A stretch of 63,949 nucleotides of DNA, the filler included, from Basidiobolus ranarum (taxonomy: Eukaryota): NCBI GenBank assembly GCA_040143965.1. It is 3 parts of 3 records of this genome, joined end to end, with 100 filler letters (N's around TTAATTAATTAA, not from the genome) between each part and the next. Parts side by side here need not be neighbours in the genome. Positions count along the whole stretch, not along the records: positions 1 to 21,834 come from JASJQH010007071.1; 2 more parts are not named here. One strand, 5' to 3'. Shown piece by piece: positions 1 to 12,059 of the stretch. Numbering within the stretch: the stretch's first letter is position 1; every line of letters begins with the position of its first letter. The notes under the pieces are model-generated. The model searched no databases, was not told where the DNA came from, and worked only from the letters and a program-made list of their open reading frames with translations. The position numbers and the translations under genes were made by a program.

Positions 1-1
1 C

Positions 2-115
2 GGTGGCAGCTATGATACCAAGGACTATGGCGGTAATGGAGCTGGTCATGGTAGCTACAAGAGAGCAATCCAGAAACGAAACATCGCTCGTTTCCTCGCA
101 GTCAAAAAGAACTAA
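2..115 (+). CDS. 3' end of a Gly/Tyr-rich protein (5' part outside window)
   Basis: Frame 2 is open from the window start: GGSYDTKDYGGNGAGHGSYKRAIQKRNIARFLAVKKN*, with TAA at 113-115 followed by AT-rich UTR-like DNA. Confidence 0.6.
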   Translation, partial: GGSYDTKDYGGNGAGHGSYKRAIQKRNIARFLAVKKN

Positions 116-780
116 GATACCAATACTTCTTACTTTGACAATAGAAAATTCTCAAGAATAGAAATTAACAGTAGTTCTGTTCCTCTGTCTCTACTCCATA
201 AATTATGACATCATGTATAGTTAGATTGGTTTTTATCAGCATAACCTCATGAAAATTACATTCCACTTGACGCGCTCTACCAAATATACATTCCAATAAA
301 GCTCATCCCAATATGGTAAATCTTTGATCTGTCTTAGCCAATCCAGCTTCTCTAAGCATAGCTGGGTTTGAAATTGACAAAATAGGCAAGAGCGCCACAA
401 TTGTATTGGCAAGTCGTATTTTCCAATAGTACTACTTAGTAAGCACACACTCTCTCTTATTGCGCCAGTTGGACAATAGAGAGTTCGAAGTTACCGGACA
501 ACCCGACGATGAAACGAGTGTCAATACTTGCTGTGTATGTACACAAACACATGAGCCAAACTGTATTTCAAGCACTTATCTACCTTTTTTAGAAGAATGG
601 CTCTGGGATATATGATCTAGGTCGCAAGGCTAAACTCGTACTGACTGGTATACTTAACTTTAATAAAATAACTTACGATTTCGGGGAGTTAGTTTTGCCA
701 AACCGAGTCAGCATCTCACATTGGTCTATATTATTCAGTGGAGGTTTTACACCATCAATGATGTGACTGATTGCGATCCA

Positions 781-857
781 TATGTACGGATTCTGTATGG
801 ATTATGTACGGATTATGTATGGATTATGTACGGATTCTGTATGGATTATGTACGGAT
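781..857 (+). repeat. 11-bp tandem repeat, 7 copies, consensus T(A/C)TGTA(C/T)GGAT
   Basis: Read directly: tatgtacggat tctgtatggat tatgtacggat tatgtatggat tatgtacggat tctgtatggat tatgtacggat. Confidence 0.95.
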
Positions 858-1406
858 ACCTGAATGCCAAGATCGGAAATTCGTGGCTCAAACCCACTCT
901 TCAAGTGTCATCTCTATAAGTATCCATCTCAATGACCTTAGCGTCTCTAGTTTAATCTCAACCGCGCTTACTGGTGAACCGATTCGAATGCCTGACTTAC
1001 TGATTTCCATATGATTACCAATTCGTTGCTTGTTGCAATGGTCACTGGATTACAAATGATCACCAATTTGTTGCTCATCCAATGACCAATTAAACTACTC
1101 CCCGAGTGCCGCAAACAACATAAATAATCGCAATTAACCGCCACAAAAGAATAAATAGAAAATCAGTAGAAAATCTGCATTTCTCTTAAGAATTCAATTT
1201 GACTATTCATTGGCGATCGTCGATATTGGACTGAACCAGAATCATCTGTCATTTAGTAATGGCAATCCACCCATCTTCATTTATAAAACCCTCATTCGCT
1301 GCTCACTCTAGTTTATCTTGTTGTTATTATACTTTAGTATACCTTCCATTGTTTCCATTTATTCCTACTCATATTAGCATTATCTCATACTTCCATTATA
1401 TATTCA

Positions 1407-2738
1407 ATGACTTCAAAGGAATTTCCTCCATTAAACGCTGTTCAGTCAAAAGCAACACCATACTATTCAAAGGATGATACCTACATACTTGCTGATTTGC
1501 CAAGTCTGGGGAGATCTGAGGAACACGAGGAATTTGCTTCTTTATTCCATAAATCTCGTACTGGTCATGAACTCCCACCCATTCACGTGGGGTTAGAGCT
1601 AGAACTTTTACGAAATTCTTTAGGCAAACTTGGTTCACACAGAAACAGCAAAAGCCACGAGATTGGATATTCACCAGCAACGAGTAACTTTGATGAGGAT
1701 GTAGAGAATACTCGCCCCTTATCACCAGGTGTGTATAATTTACTAAAAGACCTTGAAAATTGTTTGGAGAAAACCCAACGTTCAGACGAACCTATTACCC
1801 CTTGTGAGTCCGAATTTCACCCCATGCCTGTCGGTTTAAAACTTAACCGTGACCAAACACCTAGCATTTACTCAAGCACTCAGCCCTCTAGTATGTTCAA
1901 GTACGATGCATTGATGGACCGAAATAATGATATCTTAGAGTATAAACCCGATTCTTTTGTGAATCCTGCTCCTGAGAGAACACCGTCAGTTAACGGCGCG
2001 AATTACGATATCACAGTTAACGAAGCTTTTATGTCAGCTACCTTGGCCGGATGGTTGTCAAAGCTCTACATCACAAACCCTTCCTTTCTCGCCCGTAAAA
2101 CATGGAAACGTAGATTTTTTATTCTTTCCTCAAATATTTTGTACCGCTTCAAGTCCTTACAAGCGAACACTACTGCTGATGAACACTTAGAGATCAATTC
2201 AAATACCATTGCTTGTGTATCTGATAAGTTTCCCGGGAAAAAGTGGGTTATTGAAATCACCAACCCTGGTACCTCCTGGTACATCCAAGCGGAGTGTTTG
2301 GATGAACTAAAGACTTGGTTGAACGCACTCAAGTCTGCTGTGATCAGGTCAAAATTTAATGGTCGAGTTTTATCTTCAGAAAGTGAATCCGTCGAGTCAG
2401 CCAACCTTGATAGCATTGATGAATATAGTTCATCCCATTTTTCTTCGAGCATCTCAATAATTGAAGGAAAGATTCAAGCACGTTCTGTATCCCGATCCAG
2501 CATGCCTTTCCCACCGCAACTCCCTGTTCCTCAGGGCAAGCCACCACTACCTCCGAATTCTTTACATTTAGCCGCAACAGAAACCGAACCCGTCACTCAT
2601 TCAAACAATCCACCCGAATGGAATAATCCTAGTGTTGATAAGTTTTTGGGGAGAATTAGGCCCAGTGGACCTAGTTTGTTGACTAGACGATTGCAGAACC
2701 ATGTGACTAATCCTGACCAAGATAAGCGCCATACGTGA
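1407..2738 (+). CDS. PH-domain protein with Pro-rich C-terminal tail (intronless, 443 aa)
   Basis: PH hallmarks: LAGWLSK...KTWKRRFFILSSNILYRFK...WYIQAECLDELKTWLNALKSAV; PxxP-rich tail PPQLPVPQGKPPLPP. Confidence 0.85.
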   Translation: MTSKEFPPLNAVQSKATPYYSKDDTYILADLPSLGRSEEHEEFASLFHKSRTGHELPPIHVGLELELLRNSLGKLGSHRNSKSHEIGYSPATSNFDEDVENTRPLSPGVYNLLKDLENCLEKTQRSDEPITPCESEFHPMPVGLKLNRDQTPSIYSSTQPSSMFKYDALMDRNNDILEYKPDSFVNPAPERTPSVNGANYDITVNEAFMSATLAGWLSKLYITNPSFLARKTWKRRFFILSSNILYRFKSLQANTTADEHLEINSNTIACVSDKFPGKKWVIEITNPGTSWYIQAECLDELKTWLNALKSAVIRSKFNGRVLSSESESVESANLDSIDEYSSSHFSSSISIIEGKIQARSVSRSSMPFPPQLPVPQGKPPLPPNSLHLAATETEPVTHSNNPPEWNNPSVDKFLGRIRPSGPSLLTRRLQNHVTNPDQDKRHT

Positions 2739-3309
2739 ACGTGTCGCTTTCTTTGGGATTATTTGGATCGTTTCCTCTCTCTATGTTGAGTGTATTCATT
2801 GGCTTAGTATTATTTATCTCTGTAACTTGCTCTTTTGTCTTTTGACATTATTCACACAAGCTAACGTTTGATCTAAGCCCCGTGTAGTCAAGACAAAGCT
2901 GTACATTTCCCTGTATTTTGACACCTCATTTGTATCTTCCTTTTATTTTACTCTATCCAACATTTCATCGTGAGTTTGGAATTGTTCGAACATTTAGGAG
3001 GGGGGCTTTTTGTTCTATATCTGGCCAGCATCTTCACCTTGAACCATATCATATCATATCTCATCTTTGTAAATGTATTCTCACGAATGAACTCCACTTT
3101 ATGATCCAAAGCAAGTAAAGTTGGATTGCCAAATTGTAGATTTTCAAGAACATAAAATCCCATTGAATTCCAATTTTTATTGATCATCTGAGTAATGGAA
3201 TGGAATTGAATTGAATGAAAATCGTCATCATTTGATGATGGAAACTAGTTTACTTCTCTTGATAAATGAATATTAAAAAAGAAATACTTTGGATTTTATT
3301 GAGTTATTG

Positions 3310-3792
3310 ATGACTACTGAACATATTCATACGGAAGGTTGTTGTAACCATACAGTAAACTCTTCCTTAACACAGACTTTGGAAGAGCTTGACTTTGAAC
3401 GTTCTCTACACTCTGCTTGCGCGATGGGAGATGTTCATAAGGTGAAGAAGTTCCTGGAGAAAGGATGTGCAGTCAATCAATTGGATAAGTCCGGATACAC
3501 TCCTTTACATTATACTGCCCGTCAAGGAAACCTTATCATTTGCAAGTTATTAATAGAAAATGGGGCCGAAGTAAATCTACAAACACCTGAACTTGGTTCC
3601 ACCCCTTTACATAGAGCGGTTGTTCAAGGACATTTGGATATAGTGAAATTATTACTATCTGTCAGGGCAAATTTATCCATTTTAAATAGAGAAGGAGAGA
3701 ATGCGGCTAATTTATCCTTAAAATATGGTCAATTAGAAATTTCCAATTTTTTAAGATCCATAAATCCGGATATTTTCTCATCGATAAATTAA
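3310..3792 (+). CDS. ANKRD39: Ankyrin repeat protein, ANKRD39-like
   Basis: ATG at 3310. His/Cys N-terminus, then QTLEELDFERSLHSAC (ANKRD39 has QTLEEMDFERG); ankyrin repeats GYTPLHY and GSTPLHRA. Confidence 0.8.
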   Translation: MTTEHIHTEGCCNHTVNSSLTQTLEELDFERSLHSACAMGDVHKVKKFLEKGCAVNQLDKSGYTPLHYTARQGNLIICKLLIENGAEVNLQTPELGSTPLHRAVVQGHLDIVKLLLSVRANLSILNREGENAANLSLKYGQLEISNFLRSINPDIFSSIN

Positions 3793-4023
3793 TTGGATTA
3801 AGTAAATTGATATATTGAAATATTTAAAGATATAATCAATCTACCAATTAACTTTAGAGATTAAGCGTAAGATGAGAATGGTTATTGTGAATAACTACAT
3901 AATAATTAAACGTGATTAAGTTAAATAAAAAGGAGCAAATATGGTTGATTTCTACTCTTATTTAGTTTTGACATTGAAAGTTGGAGTATTCATAGTAAGC
4001 TTGAATTCGATTGTAGAGTATGC

Positions 4024-5195
4024 TTAGAAGGTTTCATCACCATCATCGTCCTCATCATCATCGTATTCTTGCAGATGCATATCAGCAAGCTTTTGATCTA
4101 CATCATCTGGGTCAACAAATCCTTCCTACAACGAATGAATACTTTAAGATCTGCCTACATCTACCACTTAATTAAAGAATATGTATTACCTCAGTTCCAT
4201 AGAGTACAGAGTGAAGGGCTCGGACTACGGTTGCAGCAGGTTCTTCGGGATCGACGTTTTGTCCAGCAAGCTCTTCAACCATCCGTAGTTTATTATAATA
4301 GAAGTCGCGTTCACGCTCCAATGTCTCCATCTGAGATTGCATATCAGCTACCTGGCGATGAAGATCCTCGACTATGGCCAAGTGTTCTGAGGAGGGAGTA
4401 AAGCGTGCAGATGAACCAGATTTAAGTACGCCATTTCTGCTAGTTCTTGAGCCTGATCTATCTGTTCAATTGGTTCAAGTATTAACTATACAATACCATT
4501 ATGACTATGTAGTATCTAATCAGAAGTAAATTACCTGGAGTACTCGCTTGATAGGATGGTGTTATGGATCCTCTGGATCGCACACTAGGTGAAAGTGCTC
4601 CATTGGAGATATTACTCTTTCTTCTTCTGATTGGGTCATAATTATTAGGCTCAACATCTTCATGAAAGTGCTTAAGCCATTGAAGAAAGTCCAAGTTATC
4701 TTGAAAGCGACATTTACAGAGTTTTTCCATGGGGATGTGCTGAGTGTGTCAAGGGGTTTTTTTTTGAACAGTTTAGTTTAAAACAAAGTTTGGTTACTTG
4801 ATGCACAAAAAAGTATACCTTTTCGATTTTATGTTTGATAAATGCACTCTGCAATATTTTGAGATTATTTAAATATTCATATTCTTGATTGGCTTCAAAT
4901 TTCACTTTGGACATAGGGACATCACCTAAAGTTCGAAAACAAGCTTTTGTTTAGTATAGGGGTAATGAAACGTATTAACGATACAAACACACCATAAATA
5001 GAATCCACTATCTGACAATAAGCAGCACCTGTTTGTAAGAGAGAAAGGGTGAGAGTTTAGTGAGGATTAAAGTTTCTTTTATAAACGGTGTAAATAAAGA
5101 GCATACAAACCTGTGCCCAATTGCTCTATTTTGGTGTATTTGAGTTGCAACAAATCGTTGACCCAAGCAAGAAGTTCAGCTCTACTTTCACCCAT
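4024..5195 (-). CDS. BIM1: EB1/Bim1/Mal3 microtubule plus-end tracking protein (5 GT-AG introns)
   Basis: Spliced protein MGESRAELLAWVNDLL..., CH domain (KVKFEANQEYEYLNNLKILQ, FQDNLDFLQW), EBH domain (LERERDFYYNKLR), acidic tail ending GDETF*. Confidence 0.95.
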
Positions 5196-5667
5196 GACTG
5201 TAACAATTTTTTTGCAAACGAAAACTGTTCGAGAAGAGAGTTACTTTATGTATGGCAACTTTCTAGTAGCATACATATCCTCGGGAGTTGAGGTTGAGAT
5301 TTCTAGATTAGTGGATTCATGTGTAACTCCACTATAATTGAGTTAGAATTGATTGAACCAATCAGCTTAACAGTGTGAAGCCTCAATGCTCTGATTGTTC
5401 CCCCTCAATGAGAGACAACAAGCCATGATTGCTTGATTTGCACAGGTAACCTTGGTGATGGTGGACGTTAAGAAGCCTCCTCAAAGCAGTCACATGATAA
5501 CAGAAAAGAAGATTGTTTCGAAAGGAATTCAGATACAACGGATATAACGAATATAACGAATATAAACACGATATGATTATTTATTATGGACAGCTTCCCG
5601 ACACATTGATACTGAAATGCATATATATTAGTGTATTAAAGATGGGTAGCTTCAGCGAGTACTCCGC

Positions 5668-8001
5668 TCAATACAGAGTTAGCTTGCTAAACAAACTGGT
5701 GACGTTCCCTTCATTTGAAAGGGTTTGTTCCTTCGCTTTAACCCTGATGGTGTCCATCAATTCTTTGGTTTGTGATCGATCGACATCATCTCTCTTGCTC
5801 AAAATTGTCTCAACCAAACCGATAGGAATATCTGGATAGTGCTTGCGAACACCATAGAAATCAAGATAGATCATGTTGGCTGAGCTACCGATGAGCGTCT
5901 CCACCTTAAGCAATACGTCCATTTGTTTCTCTACTTGTTCCTGTGGTATGTATCCAAGGAAGAAGTCGTAAGTGGCCTTGATATCGCCCTCTATCTTACT
6001 AACTGCGTTGGGTAGAGTGAGTTTGGCATTTTTGTTTCGAAGAGCATTCAGGTAGGCAAGAATAAAGCGATCCAACAGGTGATCCATGATTTTCGTGAAT
6101 GGATATTGTTGCATGTGAGTTTTGAAATCATGACAATAATCCTTCAAGGTGGCTATGACCGGGAGCATCAGATCCTCTTTATACCAGCTCTGGCAGAATA
6201 TCTGAGAGAAGATTGCTTTTAGATCATGGAATACGATATCGAGCAATGCTTTGGAAGCTGCTTGTGATACCGCCATAAATCCTTCCATAGCAGAACTCAA
6301 ATTCATGTTTATCTGCTCCTTGTGTTTTCCGGATACTAGCAACTCTAGTCTCTGCATAATCGCCTCAGTGTATTCAATGCTACGGATTTGGTCGTTACAG
6401 AGTGCAATCAAGTAGTCAACCAACCCCTCAGGGACCTCCTTAGGCTGATCGAGCTGTCGCTTTAGTTCTGAGCGAACAACGTCAATCCATTGAGATTGGG
6501 CATCTTTCGTAGCATTGGTACATTCGGCAATAACACTACATAATAGCTCTCGATGATTCGAGTCGAGTACGATATCGATTTGTTGATTTATCATTTGGAA
6601 CATAATGACTGCTGCTGACATTCCGTACATGCCGTTAGCACCTCCTTCAGGGGGCTTAATTCTACTAACGAATTCACCAGTCTCGGTTTTCATCAAGTTA
6701 CGAATCCACTCAAATAACTTATCCCTTGTCAGACCGAGATACTCTTCGACGAGCGTACCTTCATGTCCCTCGAGTAACCTCGGCTCTAGAAGATCTTCAG
6801 CAACACCAAGTTGCTGGCTCATGTCAGTATAGTAATCACGCACCCAGCGCAACAGTTTTAATACCGAACCAGCATCAACATTTTCTTGAATCATTCTTGT
6901 GAGTCTCTCATGAATGTGTCGATGATAACTCTTGACAAAGTAAGAGAATATATTATACTGTTTAGGGAAGCGAGGTTCAAGGAAGTCGTAAATCATAGTC
7001 AGGTCATCAAAAATGAACTGTAAAGCAGAGAGTGTACCACTTAAATCTTGTTGGTATTGTTGTAGGTATTCATTGAAACGATTTGATATCACCTCATCGA
7101 ATATCTCAAATAAATGACGTCGATATCCCTTCACAACTCTTGAACTGCCCTCCGCAAGTTTCCACTTACTGCTTGTAGACCGGAGGTTTGCATTTGCTGT
7201 CCTTGCCTTTTCAGCAGCCATAGCCAGTTGATCAGCTCTCTCTTCAGATTCGATTATTTTTGCGATGTAAACAAGGGTCACTCCTTTGTTTGAACTTACT
7301 AAAAAGAAAATCTCACGGACCAATTGCCAAAGATAAGAAGAGAATTGCGAAGCGACATCTTCTAACTTTAAAAAGAATTTCCGCAACGTAGCAATTACAT
7401 CCATCGACGCTTTTTTGGCTTGGTTCATGGTGATATCTCGAAACTGTTCTAAACGGTATATTTCGTAATGAATCTTTAACAGATTCTGACCTGGCTCTCT
7501 TGTATTTTTCATATCTTCTTCGAGTAGTTGCTGTGCTTGGTCGAGGTGGGTCGTGAATTCAGTAAAACGTTCTACGAATTCTTTAGTAGCGATGAAGTTT
7601 TGATGAGTTTGCGAGATCTTGAAGGTTAGAAAAACCAGTTAACCATCAGGATTTTTGGGTTGCTACCTTTGTCAATGTTGAGAATAATAGAGAAATACAA
7701 ATACCTTTTGAATTCTTGAGTAGTTCTTTATCTCGTTTTGGGAATCGAGGCATATCTGGTCAATGGATTTGAGATCGACCTTTACCAAATCCATTTGATT
7801 TTTTCCTGAGAGCAATTTCTCCAGACCAACCTTGACCGAATCGAATTGAGTTTGTACGTCGCTCTTTAACTGTGCATCTATGGTAGCTTTTTCCTGTGCA
7901 AATTTCTTTCGGAGTGCAGTTACTTTAGTAGTCAAGTCATCAGGATGTTTAAGCAAGTCTGCTAAACGAAGGAGTGCTGCTTCTTTGATATTTGTATCCA
8001 T
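5668..8001 (-). CDS. SEC6: Exocyst complex subunit Sec6 (one intron, 7618-7704)
   Basis: N-terminus LADLLKHPDDL...; long helical 614-aa ORF with Sec6-like motifs (MFQMINQQID, LIALCNDQIRS); a GT-AG intron joins the two ORFs in frame. Confidence 0.92.
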
Positions 8002-9361
8002 CTAACAGTGTTCAGTGCTTTCAAAATGCAGTCAAACCGACTTATACGAAAGCTAGAGCCAAAAGTCAATAATTCAGCCTGAACCAATAATAATCAAGCA
8101 TCGTAGAGAGTCAATACTTGATTATTTAATTAGTTAAAATAATCAACCAAATACTCTAAACCAGGTAATGAACATTTTAAACGGATTTTAGAAATTTGAA
8201 TAGTCCACTAATGTTGTCTATCAAATGATAAAGTTACCACTTTATTCAGAACCAAATAACCATCTAACCCGGGGTTGAAGCTACGGGTGAGATAAGAGTT
8301 ACAGAAAGATGGTTTCTTATTTAGGAAGTTCTAGGTACGCGAAATACAAGCAAACCCTTCTTGGCCACAGCTCGACTTGTAAACGGATAGATTTCCCTAA
8401 AACGTGGTTAATATGTCGGGGGATATTGATATTAGGAAGGTTTGGAGGTTTCAGCCATTCTAGGATCTTTGACTGAAAGAGTATAAGATTCCTAATTATC
8501 AATTGATTCTTAAATCGATTTCGGAATCGATCCCTGCGCCTGCCATTAATTCGAGAATGGTTTTGCGTTCGATGTACCAAATTCACCAGTCTAACAATGA
8601 AGATGAGATCTCAAAATCTTTAAATCAGAAAAGCTAATATATATTTGTTGAAAATCGATTATGGAATGGATCGTCGTTGGAATACTGTCCCGATTGATCG
8701 GATTCGACCATGATGCAATCTTTTACACCTTGATTTCTGACTAATCCATTCTAGCATTGGTTGAGTTTTCAATTTCTTACTACAGTCACGCAACTGCAGT
8801 GATTGTCTTGGGCAAGATACACATTGTCTAATGACGACAGTTTGGGGATGGCAAAGGTTGAATACATTCTTTCTTGATTGGGATAATAGAGCCTTCGATT
8901 TCACTTATTTAATCATTTGAGCTACTGAAGTCTTCCGCTTGTTACTCTGCTTGCTACTCTGCTTGCTACGTTGTCAATTGGGCTTTAGCTTGTGTTCATC
9001 CACAAAGTTTCTAGACATAAAGAATTCTATGGATGTCGTCCAAATATGGCGATAGCATCCAGATTCGTCCATAATCTAATCAGTCATGATATGAATCATC
9101 GCAAATCTTGTGTAAATATACTGATCTAATATATGTTAAATTGATATCACGGATCATTCTATATATGTGCCAACCAATTCTTAGTTGGTGCATTGCAAGA
9201 ACAACTTTTTATTTTGGTGGCACCTCTATAAGTACCGATTGTGGTCTTCATCCGATGATTACTAAATACCTAGCGTGATTGTTTCGAAGCATTTTTTTCG
9301 ATATTGCAACCGCTATCGAATTTACTTTCTTACATTTCGTTGTCATACACTAGTTTTTTAA

Positions 9362-11688
9362 ATGCTGGATCCAGTTACTGTCGTCCCTGCTGTCCTCGGT
9401 GGATACATTGTGGTGTTTGGTCTCGTTTCCTTGGTAATTAAAGAATGGCTCTTTCTCTCTGAAGCTAGTAAGTACTTATATCTACGCACATACAGAAACG
9501 GGACAAGTCTAATATTTGATTTAAACAGTGGTTGCTACACTGTTCGGTATTGCCATTGGCCCAGCAGCACTCAATCTCGTAAACCCAGGGGACTGGGGAG
9601 ACAGCTCCACTCTGACCTTGGAGTTTGCAAGAATTGTTATTGCCATTCAGGTATTTCTCGTAACAGGTTATCCAATTATTCTCTCAACATTCTCACTGGT
9701 ATCCTTTACTTTTCTTACAACACACTACAGGTTATGGCAGCCGGTGTGAACTTACCAAAGTAAGTAGATTCATTTCTTTGTAAATAATGTTTAGTGAAGT
9801 AACCAATTGTTCACTTTAATAGAGCTTATTTGGTGAGAGAATGGAAATCTCTTACTGTTCTCCTTCTACCAGTCATGTTTGTCATGTGGCTAGTCAGTGC
9901 TGCCGCTTTGTACTTTTTGTTACCGCTTAATTTCGTAAGTATCGAAGATGATACAACAATTTATATGGCAAACATATTCATTTTGTTACATGATTTCAGC
10001 TTGAAGCATTGCTTATTGGTGCCTGTGTCACACCAACGGATCCGGTAAGTAAATTTATGAACAAGATAGTGTCATTTCTATATATTAATTCATCTTGCTC
10101 TTTCACACAGGTATTGGCCAACTCGATCGTTAAAGGAAAATTTGCCGAATCACATGTTCCCGTTCATACTAGAGACATCATTTCCGCCGAAAGGTAGGAA
10201 CATAGTCTGGTTCTATCGTTGATCTAACAAGCACTAATAACCACTTTCTTTCACATTATATAAACAGTGGTGCCAACGACGGTAAGAGTAACTTGATAAA
10301 ATAACAGGAATTTTCGTGATATTAATCTATCAACATTCATATAAATAGGGCTAGGATTTCCATATTTGTTTTTTGCAATCTATTTATTAGTAGAGCCAAC
10401 TACTGGTGCAGCTTTAGGGAAATGGTTTTACATGATCTGGGCCTACCAAATTCTATTATCCATTGCCATTGGCGCTATTGTTGGTTATATTGCTCGAAAG
10501 CTTCTGTATTTCTCTCAGACTAGAGAGCTTGTAGATAAGGAGTCGTTTTTGGTGTTCTCCATTGCTTTGACGGTATTTATACTCTCTTTGGTCAAAGTTT
10601 CGATTCATGAGACTAAATATTTTTATGTACAGCTTTGTCTTATGGGATGTGTAAAGATGATCAACAGTGACGATTTATTATGTGTTTTCGTAGCCGGAAA
10701 TTCATTTACTTGGGAGTATGTATACTATAGATTGATATTGACAATGTCACGTTTAACTAACCAACCATCAAAATTTAGCGACTGGTTTCGTAAAGCTACC
10801 AAGGAAGCACATTTCCAGGAGGTGATTGATATGATGTTCAACATATCATTCTTTGTTTACTTTGGGACTATCATTCCGTGGGCCTCATTTGAAACACCTG
10901 CTTTAAGTCTCAGTGTATGGCGTCTCGCCGTGATCGCACTAATCATTCTTTTCTTGAGAAGACTTCCCATAGTGGTCCTTATGTCACGATGGATACCTGC
11001 CATCAAAAACTACAGAGAAGCAGTGTTTGCTGGTTGGTTTGGACCAATCGGAGTTGGTGCACTATTCTATTGTATGATAGGTATAGATGAAATAGAAAAA
11101 TACAACCCTAATGGATATGTCAAGAAAGTCATCTTCCCAGTTGTGAGTTTCCTTGTGTTATCCTCGGTTATTGTTCATGGTGTGACCGTTCCATTGTTTC
11201 ATCTTACCACGATTGGGACTCGTACCTTCACCAACTCTTCCACCATTGCTAATATTGTCGGTAAATTACCGAAGATCAGACTGGGCGGAGAGATCGTTGT
11301 TCAAAGAAGTAACTTATCCTCTAGTAATACACTTGGGAGTACGTATACACACAAAGGCAAAGATACTATGGAGGAGGTTCAGCCTGGAGCGAGTGTTTCT
11401 AGAGAGAGATCCAAGTCCATCAAATCTGCTCGTTCCGTACATTCATATGTGGGAAAAGTGATATCTGTGGAGGAGTGTGAAGATGATGACAATTTACCAC
11501 AGACCAACAATAGATGTAAGCGATCCATGATCATTATTGAGCATGAGGAGGGAGAGGAGTTTCGGAGTGATGAAGAAGAGTTACTTGAAGATGAAATTCC
11601 TCCACCCTCAGTAGCATTCTCACGAGAAGGTCGATCCGCCGATCTCTCCCGACTTACCCATATAACAATTCATCCAAACTCAGAGTAG
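9362..11688 (+). CDS. NHA1: Nha1/Sod2-family Na+(K+)/H+ antiporter, paralogue A (9 introns, 14-nt microexon 10268-10281)
   Basis: Motifs TPTDPVLANSIVKG, ESGANDG, SDDLL, RRLP, GWFGPIGVGA, SSVIVHG; all introns GT-AG. Confidence 0.93.
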
Positions 11689-12059
11689 AATTTTTATTGT
11701 AGTATTATTATACCTACATTCATATTTTCGTTAACATCTCTTGAAGATGTTTGTATATTTTCCAACAACCACTTTTCCTTTAAAAATTAGAAATTATTCA
11801 ACTATCATGCATCCATAAATCAATGATCTACTTCTAATTTACACACAAATCACTTTGTCGGATATATCCGTTTATGTTCTTAGGTATCAGTATGGGTATC
11901 GGTATATTCAATTATAATCAAAAAGAAAACGATCAATGATTGAACAAAAAGATTTATCGATTCAATTTTCTGGATTCTGGCTATATATTATAAAGTCACT
12001 GATCATATTTGCCATTACAAAATCTACAGTAAGTATATCTTCGAAATGGTTTTAAGGCT

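Noticed and set aside
781-857. CRISPR-like array
   Set aside because: Head-to-tail repeats without spacers, in eukaryotic DNA.
721-1014. 97-aa ORF with repetitive YG..CTDYV peptide
   Set aside because: By-product of the 11-bp tandem repeat; TTG start and no recognisable domain.
9709-9717. GTATCCTTT U12-type donor-like sequence
   Set aside because: Lies inside a normal U2-type intron near its 3' end; using it would break the NHA1 frame.
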